Source of the DNA: a bacterium | GTDB taxonomy: Bacteria > Bacillota > Clostridia > Oscillospirales > CAG-272 | DNA length: 64,000 nt | Direction of reading: 5' to 3' | Assembly (NCBI GenBank): GCA_963643035.1 | Contig: CAVIKO010000005.1 | Coordinates: forward strand, 1,170 to 65,169 | Shown: piece by piece, positions 17,691 through 27,518 of the stretch | Layout of the letters: each line of letters begins with the position of its first letter | Numbering within the stretch: position 1 is the first letter of the stretch | Program-made: the position numbers and the translations under genes | Notes under the pieces: generated by a model | Databases searched by the model: none | The model's input: the letters and a program-made list of their open reading frames with translations, nothing else | What the model was told of the DNA's origin: nothing

Positions 17691-18653
17691 TCACTTGCCA
17701 AGTACTCCTGCGCCGATGATACCCGCGTCGTTGCCGAGTTTGGCAATGAGGATCTGTGTGCGGGGGGTACCCTCTCTCGTGTAGGTTTCGCCCCATACCT
17801 TTTCAAGCAGCGGCTTCATGAGGTAGTCGCCCTCGTTGCATACGCCGCCGCCGATGGACAGCACGTTCGGCTGGAAGATATTGATCATATTGACAATACC
17901 GCAGGAGAGATAGCTGATGTACTCGTCCACAACCTCTGCGCCGACCTCGTCGCCCTGCTTCATGGCGTTGAACGCGGTACGTGCGCTGACCTTGGACAGA
18001 TCACCGCCGATCATGTCTTCCATGGCGGTCTTTTTGCCTGCCGCTCTTGCCGCCACGATGTGATCCTTCGTGATGTTGACGAGACCTGTAGCGGAGCTGT
18101 ACGCTTCCCAGCAGCCCTTTCTGCCGCAGGAGCACTGTCTGCCGTCCTTCTGGATGACAACGTGACCAAGCTCTGCGCCCGCGAAATTGAAACCGGTATA
18201 AACCTTGCCGTCGATGATGATACCGCCGCCGACACCGGTGCCGAGGGTGATCATCACGGAGATGGGCGCACCTGCAGCCACACCCGCAATCGCCTCTGCC
18301 TTTGCTGCGGCGTTCGCGTCGTTTTCGATATAGACCTTCTTACCGTCGAGCTGTGCGGAAAGCCGCTCTGCCAGAGGGTACTGTAAGAACGGGATGTTAT
18401 TCGCATATTCGACCACGCCGGTCACATTGTTCGCGGTGCCGGGGGTAGCCACGCCGACGGATTCGATGTCGTCAAGGGACAGTCCCTCCTCCGCGATGAG
18501 CTTTTTGCACAGGGCTGCCATATCCTCAATGATGGGATCCGCGCCGCGTTCCGGCTTGGTGGGTACGCTGCCCTTTCTGACGATTTCGTACTTGTCGTTG
18601 ACGATGCCGATGGCGATATTGGTACCGCCGAGATCCACGCCGATTGTATACAT
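17691..18653 (-). CDS. glcK: ROK-family glucokinase
   Basis: MYTIGVDLGGTN start (ATG at 18653, SD AGGCAGGA; the ORF track extends to 18683). ROK zinc motif CSCGRKGCWEAY. Confidence 0.9.
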   Translation of the reverse strand: MYTIGVDLGGTNIAIGIVNDKYEIVRKGSVPTKPERGADPIIEDMAALCKKLIAEEGLSLDDIESVGVATPGTANNVTGVVEYANNIPFLQYPLAERLSAQLDGKKVYIENDANAAAKAEAIAGVAAGAPISVMITLGTGVGGGIIIDGKVYTGFNFAGAELGHVVIQKDGRQCSCGRKGCWEAYSSATGLVNITKDHIVAARAAGKKTAMEDMIGGDLSKVSARTAFNAMKQGDEVGAEVVDEYISYLSCGIVNMINIFQPNVLSIGGGVCNEGDYLMKPLLEKVWGETYTREGTPRTQILIAKLGNDAGIIGAGVLGK

Positions 18654-18868
18654 AGTAAATCCTGCCTTTCTGAATTTGCGCATGGTACCGATCCGAGCGA
18701 ACGATTCACCACGCGCGGTTGTCCATACGCTATCATTATAATAAAAAACGCGTCTTTTGTCAACGGTTTTTCGGTATATTTCCGCATATTCTGCAGCGGC
18801 ACACGGAAAATTCGATCTGGCAAATCGTCGAAAAGTTGCATCGCTGTGGTATGCTGTTCACAAATATG

Positions 18869-18877
18869 TGGTATAAT
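18869..18877 (+). promoter_or_regulatory. extended -10 element upstream of the HAD hydrolase gene
   Basis: TGGTATAAT. No convincing -35. Confidence 0.35.
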
Positions 18878-18907
18878 AAAATAAATGACTATGGGGCGGT
18901 GCGCAGT

Positions 18908-19567
18908 ATGCGGTTTGAGAATTACATATGGGATTTCGATGGGACGTTATGCGACAGCTATCCGCATACGACGATGCAGTTTCTGCACGCGATGGGCTGG
19001 GGCATGGAACGGTACGATGAGGTATTCCACCGCTTACAGGTGACGTGGCTGCACGCGATCCGGTACTACCACATGGGCGAATCGGAGGATCGTACGTTCC
19101 GTGCGGCGGCAAATGATTTCGGAGTGGAGCCGTATCCGGTACTGTTCCCCGGCTGCCGTGAAACGCTGACGGCGATCCGGGATAACGGCGGGCGCAATTT
19201 CCTCTATACGCTGCGGGATGCAGAAGCGGTACGGTTTCTGGAAAAGGCGGGCGTTCTCTCTCTCTTCGACGGCTGTGTGACCAGCGAGGATCGCTTTCCC
19301 GGCAAGCCGGATCCAACAGCAGTGCGCTATCTTCTGGACACCTACCGCCTGGATCCGCACCAAACGGTGATGATTGGCGACCGTGAGCTGGACGGGGACA
19401 GCGGAAAAAACGCCGGGTGTGCAGGTTGTCTCCTTACATTCCTCGACAAAAACGCTGAGGGCTCCGATCCGCTGTTGGTCACGCACCAGGACTTTGCCTG
19501 CAGAAATTTCACGGAATTTTCTACTGTGATGGAGATTTCGCGGAACGAGGAAAACGTTCGCATTTGA
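18908..19567 (+). CDS. HAD-family hydrolase (phosphoglycolate-phosphatase-like)
   Basis: Internal ATG at 18908 gives MRFENYIWDFDGTLCDS, which carries the DxDGT motif I. The upstream part of the track ORF is non-protein-like. Confidence 0.85.
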   Translation: MRFENYIWDFDGTLCDSYPHTTMQFLHAMGWGMERYDEVFHRLQVTWLHAIRYYHMGESEDRTFRAAANDFGVEPYPVLFPGCRETLTAIRDNGGRNFLYTLRDAEAVRFLEKAGVLSLFDGCVTSEDRFPGKPDPTAVRYLLDTYRLDPHQTVMIGDRELDGDSGKNAGCAGCLLTFLDKNAEGSDPLLVTHQDFACRNFTEFSTVMEISRNEENVRI

Positions 19568-19677
19568 GAACGAATGTATTCGTTCCAGTTTCCATATAGA
19601 TTTTCTTTAGGGAATGGGTTGATTCCATCGCGTTTTCGCGCCTCCCATCCAGTGTCATTCGGAAGGAAGGATTGATT

Positions 19678-20142
19678 ATGAAGAAATCCACAATTCGTAT
19701 GTTGTCCTCGGCGGCAGTGATTTTGCCGGTGGTCGTATTGTCGTGTGCGTGTGCGATGGTACAGATACTCTTATCCGACGTTCCCTCTGTGGCGGTAGCG
19801 GCTGTGATGGGGCTTATCATATACGTGGTCTGGGCAGGCGGTATTGTGTTGACGATCGTCCGTCATCTGCGTGGCGCATCCCTTACGCTGTCCCTGCTGC
19901 TCCTCCTCTCCCTCGCCCTATTTGCCGTTGCGTATGCCATGGACTACGGCTTATTCTCAATGCGGAGCACGCTCTGGACGATCGGGCAGCTCTGCGGAAG
20001 TCCGATGTACATCCTGACGGACGGACTGGAGAAGCTCACCGGAAAGGAAAACGGCGCGGCGGCGATTCTGGCGGCAGTGGCATATCTCCTGCCGTGCATC
20101 GCCGGAACCGCGTATGCGGCGGGAAGCGAGAAAAAGAAATAA
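19678..20142 (+). CDS. small integral membrane protein, unknown function
   Basis: About 154 aa with 4 predicted TM helices. ATG at 19678 with SD GGAAGGAAGGA (the track start 19672 is TTG). Confidence 0.6.
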   Translation: MKKSTIRMLSSAAVILPVVVLSCACAMVQILLSDVPSVAVAAVMGLIIYVVWAGGIVLTIVRHLRGASLTLSLLLLLSLALFAVAYAMDYGLFSMRSTLWTIGQLCGSPMYILTDGLEKLTGKENGAAAILAAVAYLLPCIAGTAYAAGSEKKK

Positions 20143-20234
20143 AGAAAACGCGGATGTATGTTTTTTGTGTCAAAAAGCCCCTGCATCCAAAGCTGTGCAG
20201 CAATTGCTCGACTTGTTCGGCATAGACCAAAATC

Positions 20235-20270
20235 AAAAACGATCGCGGATTTTCCAGCGATCGTTTTTGT
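20235..20270. terminator. bidirectional intrinsic terminator
   Basis: AAAAACGATCGC-N10-GCGATCGTTTTT. Confidence 0.7.
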
Positions 20271-20375
20271 TTGTATGGCTTATTCACCGATGCGCAGTTC
20301 TTTTTTCAGCACAGCTTGCAATACAGCGGGAAAATTGCGTCACCGTTTTTCGGATGTGCGGGAGCTTTTTCCGGC

Positions 20376-21872
20376 TCAGTCACCAATATATGCCGTGGTA
20401 AACTTTTCCATTTCGGTTGCAATCTTCTTCTGATAGGATTCGTAGGAGGATATAACGCTCTTCGTATTGGTCGTGATCAGATTTGTCAGCACATAGTTCG
20501 GCCAGGTACCGATGTCGTAGATGTCGCCGAGGTCATAGATGCGGTTGGCAAAAATCAGATCCACCATAGCATCGGAATCCACGTCGCGCGTTGCCTTTCC
20601 TTTGAGCGTGGTGTCGTAGTACGCTGGTGTCACCGTATACAAAGACTCTGCGGACAGCGCTTCCACGAGGATGCCGGTGCGCTCGATGTTCTGCACGGAA
20701 ATCGGGATTCCCAGCAGTGCCGTGGTATGGCGGCTTACAAGGCTTGCGTACTGTGTCTGCTGCTCGTTGTACTTCGGGATCGGAAGAATCCCAAACGGCG
20801 CGTCCATATCGCGCAGAGCAAGCACGTCATCAAACCGGCTCCAGAAGAAGAGTCCGTGACCGTTCAGGAACAGTTCCCGGAACGGCGTATCATCTACGGG
20901 TTCTGCATCCTGACTGCCGCGGTGCTGGTCATAGATGGACGTCTCGTCGCTCATCATTTCCTGCACCTTTTGCAGTATCTCTATGTTCCGTCCCTCCTTG
21001 AAGGAATCGGACAGCGTGTTGTCCGCGTTCTTTGTGATAAACGTGCCGCCCGCGCCGAAATATACGCAGTATCCGGCATCGCGCTTACTCAAAAATCCCC
21101 AGAGATCATCGAGCGTCATTTTGCCGTCTCCGTTGAGATCCGTTGTGACGGTTTCGTAAATCGCCTTCATCCGGTCCATTGTCCACGCGCCGTCCGATAC
21201 AATGGTGTAGAGATCCTCAACTCCGTAATCCTTCGCTATATCCTTGTTGAACAGGATCGCGGAGGTCGCGTTTTTATCCTCTACGGAAATCGCCGCAGAC
21301 GCCATGCGCAGCGTATCGCCGACCGATAGGGCTTCCACGCTGTTCTGATCCCACCATGGCATATCCAGTTCCAGATACGGCACGTCATAGAGATTGTACA
21401 GAAGTCCGTCCGTTACCATCGCCGTCGATGAGGTCAACACCTGATACGCAATATCGTAGGTGTCATCCCCGGACTGCACCATCTTTTTGACCATCGGGTT
21501 TACATCCGCGTATTCCAGCTGGTATTTGATATTGTATGTATCCGCAATCAACGCGTTCCGGTTGTAAACAGCATCGTTCAGAGCGTCTCCGGTCAGCTCG
21601 TCCACACAAAAGTCGTTCACAAGACGGGATTTCCAGTCATCGCTAATCTTCCAGTGGACGGCGGAAAAGGTGTATCCCTCGTAATCCTGCACCGGTACTT
21701 CGGGTTTCAGCCGTTCGGTTTCCGTCTCCGTCTCCGCGACTGTCTCCGTCTCCGCCGCAGCAACCGTTTCTGTCTGCTCGTCCACAGCTTTCTCACCGCA
21801 GCCCGCAATGCATGGTGTGAGCATCAAAAACACCAGTATCCAGATAAGAAAGCTCTTTCGATTACGCCTCAT
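20376..21872 (-). CDS. orphan ABC-type solute-binding lipoprotein, paralog 1
   Basis: ATG at 21872 (MRRNRKSFLIWILVFLMLTPCIAGCG, lipobox IAGC) with SD AAAGGAG. Paralogous to 34138-35634 and 38429-39895 (shared LTGDxLNDAxYNR, DGAWTxD, DxNGDG). Confidence 0.85.
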   Translation of the reverse strand: MRRNRKSFLIWILVFLMLTPCIAGCGEKAVDEQTETVAAAETETVAETETETERLKPEVPVQDYEGYTFSAVHWKISDDWKSRLVNDFCVDELTGDALNDAVYNRNALIADTYNIKYQLEYADVNPMVKKMVQSGDDTYDIAYQVLTSSTAMVTDGLLYNLYDVPYLELDMPWWDQNSVEALSVGDTLRMASAAISVEDKNATSAILFNKDIAKDYGVEDLYTIVSDGAWTMDRMKAIYETVTTDLNGDGKMTLDDLWGFLSKRDAGYCVYFGAGGTFITKNADNTLSDSFKEGRNIEILQKVQEMMSDETSIYDQHRGSQDAEPVDDTPFRELFLNGHGLFFWSRFDDVLALRDMDAPFGILPIPKYNEQQTQYASLVSRHTTALLGIPISVQNIERTGILVEALSAESLYTVTPAYYDTTLKGKATRDVDSDAMVDLIFANRIYDLGDIYDIGTWPNYVLTNLITTNTKSVISSYESYQKKIATEMEKFTTAYIGD

Positions 21873-22034
21873 AGGTTTTCTACTCCTTTGTATATCGGCA
21901 TACACCGCTCACGTCGGTGTGATTTTCTATAGTATACCATATTTCATGCCGATATGCAAGGCTGTTTTTGTGCGTTTTGCAATAATTACATTTGTAACCA
22001 AATCTCGTTGCGTGAAAATCAGGCTCACGCCGCG

Positions 22035-23366
22035 TTATACCCCCGCCATCTCAGGCGCAAGGTTCGTGAATTTCGTGAAGCGGCCAATCCAGCCCACCTT
22101 GACCTTTTCCAGAGAACCGTGCCGGTTTTTCGCAACAATCACCTCGGCAACGCTCTGCTCTGGCGTTTCCTCCTTGTAATATTCGTCGCGGTAGAGGAAC
22201 ATGACCACGTCCGCATCCTGCTCAATGGCGCCGGAATCACGGAGATCCGACAGCATCGGACGCTTGTCTGGGCGGTTTTCCGGTCCACGCGACAGCTGTG
22301 CACAGCAAATCACCGGCACGTGCAATTCCTTGGCAAGCAGCTTCAGACCACGTGAAATCTCACCTGTCTCCTGTACCCTGTTCTCCGTGTGACGATCCCC
22401 CTGCATGAGTTGCAAATAGTCCACCACCACAAGTCCCAGATTCCTCACCCGCCGCAACTTCGACTTCATCCCCGTCACCGTAATGCCCGGCGTGTCGTCG
22501 ATGAGCAGCTCCAGCTCCGACAGATGCGCCGCCGCGTGTGCGATTGCCTCCCAGTCCGCATCCGTCAACTGCCCGGAGCGGAGCCGAAAGCTGTCCACCT
22601 GTGCCTCGCTCGACAACATACGATTTGCCAGCTGCGAAGCGGACATTTCCAGATTGAATACACAGACCGTTTTCTTTGTCCGATCCGCCGCCGCCGTTGC
22701 AATATTCATCGCAAAGCTTGTCTTGCCCATGCCGGGACGTGCACCGATCAGCACCAGATCACTTTCGCCAAGCCCCACGATTACGTTGTCCAGATCCGTA
22801 TAGCCCGTCGGCATCCCACGTGCGCCCTCCGGATCGTCCTTGAGCTGTTTCAGATGGTCGTATACCTGTAGCAGTGCATCCCGGATATGTACGAAATTCT
22901 TGTTCTCGCGCCCCTCCGCGATCCGGAATATCTTGCTCTCCGCATATTCGACCAGATTTCCGACCTCGTCGTCTCCCGCGTATGCCGCCTCCGTGATATC
23001 CTCGCCCGCTTCGATCAGCTGCCGTAGAATCGCCTTATCCCGCACGATCCCCGCGTAGTCCTTCGCGTTCGCCGACGTCGGAACCGCCTCCGCCACCAGC
23101 TTCAGATATTCCCTGCCGCCCGCCTCGTCATACGTCCCTGTCTGCACCAGTTCCTCAATCAGCGTCACAACGTCGATGTTCTTGCTTTTTAAGTACATCT
23201 GCTGCATCGCTGAAAAGATCTCAGCGTGTTCCGGCATATAGAAATCGTCCCGGCTGACAATCAACGCCAAATCGTCCATGCACGCCGGATCGATCAGTAT
23301 CGACCCCAAAACCGCCTGCTCCGCTTCCAGGGAAAACGGCATCCTTCTTGTAAGCTCTTCATTCAT
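22035..23366 (-). CDS. dnaB: replicative DNA helicase DnaB
   Basis: PFSLEAEQAVLGSILIDP N-terminus. Walker A GARPGMGKTSFA. 443 aa. Confidence 0.95.
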   Translation of the reverse strand: MNEELTRRMPFSLEAEQAVLGSILIDPACMDDLALIVSRDDFYMPEHAEIFSAMQQMYLKSKNIDVVTLIEELVQTGTYDEAGGREYLKLVAEAVPTSANAKDYAGIVRDKAILRQLIEAGEDITEAAYAGDDEVGNLVEYAESKIFRIAEGRENKNFVHIRDALLQVYDHLKQLKDDPEGARGMPTGYTDLDNVIVGLGESDLVLIGARPGMGKTSFAMNIATAAADRTKKTVCVFNLEMSASQLANRMLSSEAQVDSFRLRSGQLTDADWEAIAHAAAHLSELELLIDDTPGITVTGMKSKLRRVRNLGLVVVDYLQLMQGDRHTENRVQETGEISRGLKLLAKELHVPVICCAQLSRGPENRPDKRPMLSDLRDSGAIEQDADVVMFLYRDEYYKEETPEQSVAEVIVAKNRHGSLEKVKVGWIGRFTKFTNLAPEMAGV

Positions 23367-23472
23367 ATGTTAAAGATGCGGGGAAAACTTTTCCCTAAAA
23401 AAAGTCTTCCCCGCGCTCCTTTCCAAAACTTTGTACATGGAGACAAGCCAACTTACACGCTTGTTGTCTCTC

Positions 23473-23651
23473 AATAGCAGTATTCCCCACTACCTAATAA
23501 ACGAATGGCAGCAATCTCTCCCTGTAGTGTGCGGATCCGTTCTAAGAGCCGCTCGCGAACGATCTTCTAAGGGAACGGAGCACTCAAATTGGTGAGCAAT
23601 CGGACTTGCACAAACGAAATCCATCACCAATCCCCTTATAAAAGTTTTTGC
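23473..23651. repeat. conserved intergenic element, copy 1 (candidate structured RNA or dnaB leader)
   Basis: The reverse complement aligns block by block with 63381-63518. Shared blocks: GCAAAA(A)CTTTTAT, GGGGAT..GATTGG, AAGTCC, GCTCACCA, ACAGG(G)AGAGAT, TTCGT.TATT.GGTAGT.G, GCTATT. Confidence 0.6.
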
Positions 23652-23694
23652 CCGGCTTTTTCAAAAAGCCGTGTTCCCCCGTCTCTCCGTTTCC

Positions 23695-24147
23695 TCAGCC
23701 GTTCACAACAACGATGTTGATCTTGCCGGAAATTTCCGGGTAGAGTTTTACGTCGAGGGTGTAACTGCCGTAGTTCTTGATCGCCTCGTCGAGGACGATC
23801 TTGCGCTTGTCAATCTGGATGTTGTGCTGCGCCGCCAATGCCTCCGCAATATCCTTCGTCGTAACGGAACCGTAGATACGGTTGTCACCCTGCGCACCCG
23901 CCTGCACCTTAATCTTCACCACAAGCGTTTGCAGCTTTTCCGCCAACGCACGCGCATCTGCCTTTTCCAGTTCTATCTTACGCAGCCGCGCCGCTTCCTT
24001 GTTCTTGATGTCGTTCAGAATCGCCGCATCCGCTACCACCGCCAATTTGCGCGGAAGCAGGAAGTTGCGCGCATATCCGTCCGACACGTCAATCAGTTCG
24101 TCCTTCTTGCCCTGTCCTTTTACATCCTGTAATAATACTACCTTCAT
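23695..24147 (-). CDS. rplI: 50S ribosomal protein L9
   Basis: MKVVLLQDVKGQGKKDELIDVSDGYARNFLLPRKLA. 150 aa. SD AAAAGGAGAA. Confidence 0.95.
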   Translation of the reverse strand: MKVVLLQDVKGQGKKDELIDVSDGYARNFLLPRKLAVVADAAILNDIKNKEAARLRKIELEKADARALAEKLQTLVVKIKVQAGAQGDNRIYGSVTTKDIAEALAAQHNIQIDKRKIVLDEAIKNYGSYTLDVKLYPEISGKINIVVVNG

Positions 24148-24261
24148 TTTCGTTTTCTCCTTTTTGTTTCCTCATTTTATATATCTCACCGTACAGCGCA
24201 AGCCGCCGGGAATTGTTGTTTTTGGATTCGCTCAGGCATACGGGTCTGGCTGCTTCTTCTA

Positions 24262-26250
24262 TCACAGCTGCGTGTCAATCGCCAATTTCAGCTGTTCCAC
24301 CGCTTCGCGCATTGTGATTCCGGACAACTGCGCACCCGCCGCGTCATAGTGACCGCCGCCGCCGATCCTCTCGAGAATCAGCTGCACATTGATACTTCCG
24401 TTTGACCGGGCGGATATGTGAATCACATTGCCGATCTTCATCAGCGCAAACGATGCTTCGATGCCCTCCACCGACAGGAGATTGTTCGCCGCCTTTGCCG
24501 CAATGATCCGATCCGCAGGTCCCGCCTCCGCTGCGTTGTCCGTCTGCGCGCACGCAATTGCGCATTGCCCTCGATAGAGGAGGATGTTCTGCCGGAATCT
24601 GCCCTCGCGCTGATAGTCGTCCATACTCGTCCGGTTCATTGCCATCACCGTTTCCGGCATTGCGCCGCAGTCCCGCAGGAACATCGCCGCACTGAAGGTA
24701 CGCGTACCCGTTGATCGCGTGAACTGCTGTGTATCCAGGATAATGCCCGATAAAAGAAGCGTTGCCTCCTGAGACGGCAACTCATCCTTCGGCAGTACCT
24801 GCTCCAGCATCTCCGCCACCAGTTCGCTCGCCGAGGACGCGGACGGCTCAATGTACTCGATCGCTATCGGTCGGTCAAATTCCGCTACTTTCCGGTGGTG
24901 ATCGATGATCGCGAGCGTTCCCGCACGGCGCGCCAGCTCCGGTGACTCCATAATCGAGACGTTGTTCACGTCGCCAATCACCACGAGCGTTCCCGTCTCC
25001 ACCAGGTCGAACGCCGCCGCCTCGTCAATCAGCACCCCGAGGAAATCCTCCTCCGTGCCGAGCAGCTCAAGCATCCCCGTCAGATTCCGGTCGCTCCGGT
25101 TCACAATCATGTTCACCCGCGCCCCACAGTACATTGCCAGCCGCGTCAGCCCGACACAGGAGCCAATCGAATCAAAATCCGCGTTCCGGTGTCCCATGAC
25201 CAGCACGTTCGATGCTTTCTTCATCGCCGATACCAGCTCGCCCGATATCACGCGGGAGCGCACATTCGTCCGCTTCTGCACCGTCTTGGTAATCCCGCCG
25301 TAGAAATCGATCGATGCGTCGCCCTTGACCACCACCTGATCCCCGCCGCGCTGCAGCGCCATATCGAGTGCCGTGTGCGCTGCCTTTTCGCGATCCGCCA
25401 GCGATCCTGACACGTTGGACACGCCCATGGAGATCGTCATCGGCAGTTCAAAATCTCCGGCACGCACCGCGCGGACGCGATCCAACACGTCGAATTTCCG
25501 TGCCACGCAATGGGACAGCACCCGCTTTTCCATAAGGAAGAGGTACTTGTCCCTCTCGTATTCCTTCAGGATCCCGCCGCATTCCTCCGCCCAGTCGCGC
25601 AGCACCTCGTCGATCTTTGCCGCTGCGATCCGGTAATTCTCACTGTCGTACTGCATCATTTCGGCAAAATTGTCCACATAGATATACGCTGCCGCCAGTT
25701 CCTCCTCGAAAAGCCGCTTGCGCAGATGCTCCTCCGTCGTGATCTCGTCCGTCATAATGAGACAAAAATCGTTGTCGTCCGTCTTGATCGCCGTGTAGCG
25801 CGCCAGAAAATGTATGCCCTCGCACTTCAGCATCACATTGTCGCCGCGTTCCGGATTCCGGATTTCGGCAAGCCCCACGCCAAACAGTTCCTTCACAGAT
25901 TCACCGTACAGCTTATTTTTGGAGGAATACAACGCCTCCGTCGCCGTGTTGTACCACAGGATTCGTTCATCCTCGTCGCAAATGAACACCGGGGTCGGGA
26001 GCTTGACCACTGCGTCAAACATGATCCGACCCATTACCGGGGACAGATTTTCGTTTTTTGGCCCGCGCCGCCGATTTAAGATCCGGTGAATAAGCCAGAT
26101 TACGACGACGTACAGCGCACCGAGGGCACAGCCTGTGACGACGCCCGTGAGGTTTCTTCCGGCGATCGCGCCGGATGCCGCGATGAGCACCCCCGTGCAG
26201 CTCCACTCGACGATGTGCCGTCTGTTGTGGGATGTATCTGATGCTATCAT
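24262..26250 (-). CDS. gdpP: GdpP-type DHH/DHHA1 phosphodiesterase (c-di-AMP phosphodiesterase family)
   Basis: Two N-terminal TM helices. DHH motifs (GHRNADFDSIGS, IIDHHR). DHHA1 motif GGGGH. Synteny yybS-gdpP-rplI-dnaB. Confidence 0.85.
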   Translation of the reverse strand: MIASDTSHNRRHIVEWSCTGVLIAASGAIAGRNLTGVVTGCALGALYVVVIWLIHRILNRRRGPKNENLSPVMGRIMFDAVVKLPTPVFICDEDERILWYNTATEALYSSKNKLYGESVKELFGVGLAEIRNPERGDNVMLKCEGIHFLARYTAIKTDDNDFCLIMTDEITTEEHLRKRLFEEELAAAYIYVDNFAEMMQYDSENYRIAAAKIDEVLRDWAEECGGILKEYERDKYLFLMEKRVLSHCVARKFDVLDRVRAVRAGDFELPMTISMGVSNVSGSLADREKAAHTALDMALQRGGDQVVVKGDASIDFYGGITKTVQKRTNVRSRVISGELVSAMKKASNVLVMGHRNADFDSIGSCVGLTRLAMYCGARVNMIVNRSDRNLTGMLELLGTEEDFLGVLIDEAAAFDLVETGTLVVIGDVNNVSIMESPELARRAGTLAIIDHHRKVAEFDRPIAIEYIEPSASSASELVAEMLEQVLPKDELPSQEATLLLSGIILDTQQFTRSTGTRTFSAAMFLRDCGAMPETVMAMNRTSMDDYQREGRFRQNILLYRGQCAIACAQTDNAAEAGPADRIIAAKAANNLLSVEGIEASFALMKIGNVIHISARSNGSINVQLILERIGGGGHYDAAGAQLSGITMREAVEQLKLAIDTQL

Positions 26251-26350
26251 ATTGAAACTCCTTTAAGGAAGGGAGGTGATTCCTGATTGGGATTTGCTAC
26301 TGTGTTTTCCGAACACCATGCCGTTTCCCGCAAACACATTCCGCCGCGAT

Positions 26351-27409
26351 CTACTCCGTTTTTTCCGGCGGGGATTTTCTCTTCTTGTTTTTCAGCACCC
26401 GCCACGCGCCATAGACGGCAATGAGGAAGAACATGGTACTGCTATGAAGAAACAGCGCGATCATGAACGGGGAGAGAAGCATGATAATAAGAATGTAGGA
26501 ATGGGTGTGTTCCCCCTTGGTGACAAAAAATGTGTCGGTCAGACGATCGAGGATCCGCAGGAAAACCTCGCGGAAACCGACGTATATCGCAGGGGGAGAC
26601 AGGACGAGGACACAGTTTGTCAGCACCTTATAAATGAGGGGATTCTGCGTATAGGATGTGGTAAGCAGAAAGAGGGAGAGGAGCAGAAATACTGCGCCGA
26701 AATAGCGGGGCGTGGTGATGCCCCTGTCCACCTCCGGAAGAAAATACTTTCCACAGTTCATAAGGCGGAAAATCCGGCGGCAGATCCATTCGCAAATCCA
26801 CGAGATCGCCTCTGCGGTGAGCAGCCACAGCGCGGGCAGCGTGACGGTGATGGAACGTGCGGCAGATAGAGCAGCCGTCTCCGTCATGGAGAGAAGCCTG
26901 CTCTCGTACAGCATATCCGCGATACTGTTATAGATCTGCATGGGCAATTCCGCCACGGATATGCCGCGCCAGACATACCCGGCAAGAAGCAGTCCCGCTG
27001 TGAGCAGGCACAGGGACGCGGCGGTGGTCAGACAGACGATCCGGCGATACCGGGACTTCCGCAGCAGAAAAGCGGATGCATACACGTACGCACAGACAAA
27101 CACAGACAGGCACAGCACAACGGACAAAAACCATCCCGCCGAGATGCTCACAGCAATTCCGGAGAACAGAGATACCGTCATGGAAGCGGCGCGCCGCCAC
27201 AGCGCGATGAGCATCACATACGCGGAAACGGCAAGGCAAAAGAGCGGCAGAGCTGCAATAAAGCCGGGGATCGCGTGTTCCGATTGCCAACCGTCCCGCA
27301 TGACAGCGGCGGCAGCCAGGGTACAGCCGGTGATCGCGGCGAACAGCACCACAACCAGCGGCACCGACAGCATGGGAAGATCGTCCCGCTTTCGATAAAC
27401 CTGCAGCAT
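26351..27409 (-). CDS. YybS/DUF2232-like polytopic membrane protein
   Basis: Highly hydrophobic ORF. ATG at 27409 with SD GAAAGGAG (the track start 27475 is TTG). Position upstream of gdpP matches the B. subtilis yybS-yybT arrangement. Confidence 0.7.
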   Translation of the reverse strand: MLQVYRKRDDLPMLSVPLVVVLFAAITGCTLAAAAVMRDGWQSEHAIPGFIAALPLFCLAVSAYVMLIALWRRAASMTVSLFSGIAVSISAGWFLSVVLCLSVFVCAYVYASAFLLRKSRYRRIVCLTTAASLCLLTAGLLLAGYVWRGISVAELPMQIYNSIADMLYESRLLSMTETAALSAARSITVTLPALWLLTAEAISWICEWICRRIFRLMNCGKYFLPEVDRGITTPRYFGAVFLLLSLFLLTTSYTQNPLIYKVLTNCVLVLSPPAIYVGFREVFLRILDRLTDTFFVTKGEHTHSYILIIMLLSPFMIALFLHSSTMFFLIAVYGAWRVLKNKKRKSPPEKTE

Positions 27410-27518
27410 AACGCAAACTCCTTTCTCGTCCTGGATTTCTTCCTTTATTATAGCAAATTCCCGCTCTGTTGTCAACGCTGATTCTATTCTGAGAACGGTC
27501 GCTTTTCCACCTGTTTCT

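Noticed and set aside
23653-23671. CGGCTTTTT-C-AAAAAGCCG dyad after rplI as a strong terminator
   Set aside because: The central A-T pairs cannot close on a 1-nt loop, so the effective stem is only about 4-5 GC pairs, and the downstream U-tract is interrupted. It may be a weak terminator overlapping the putative dnaB promoter, so it is not listed as a feature.
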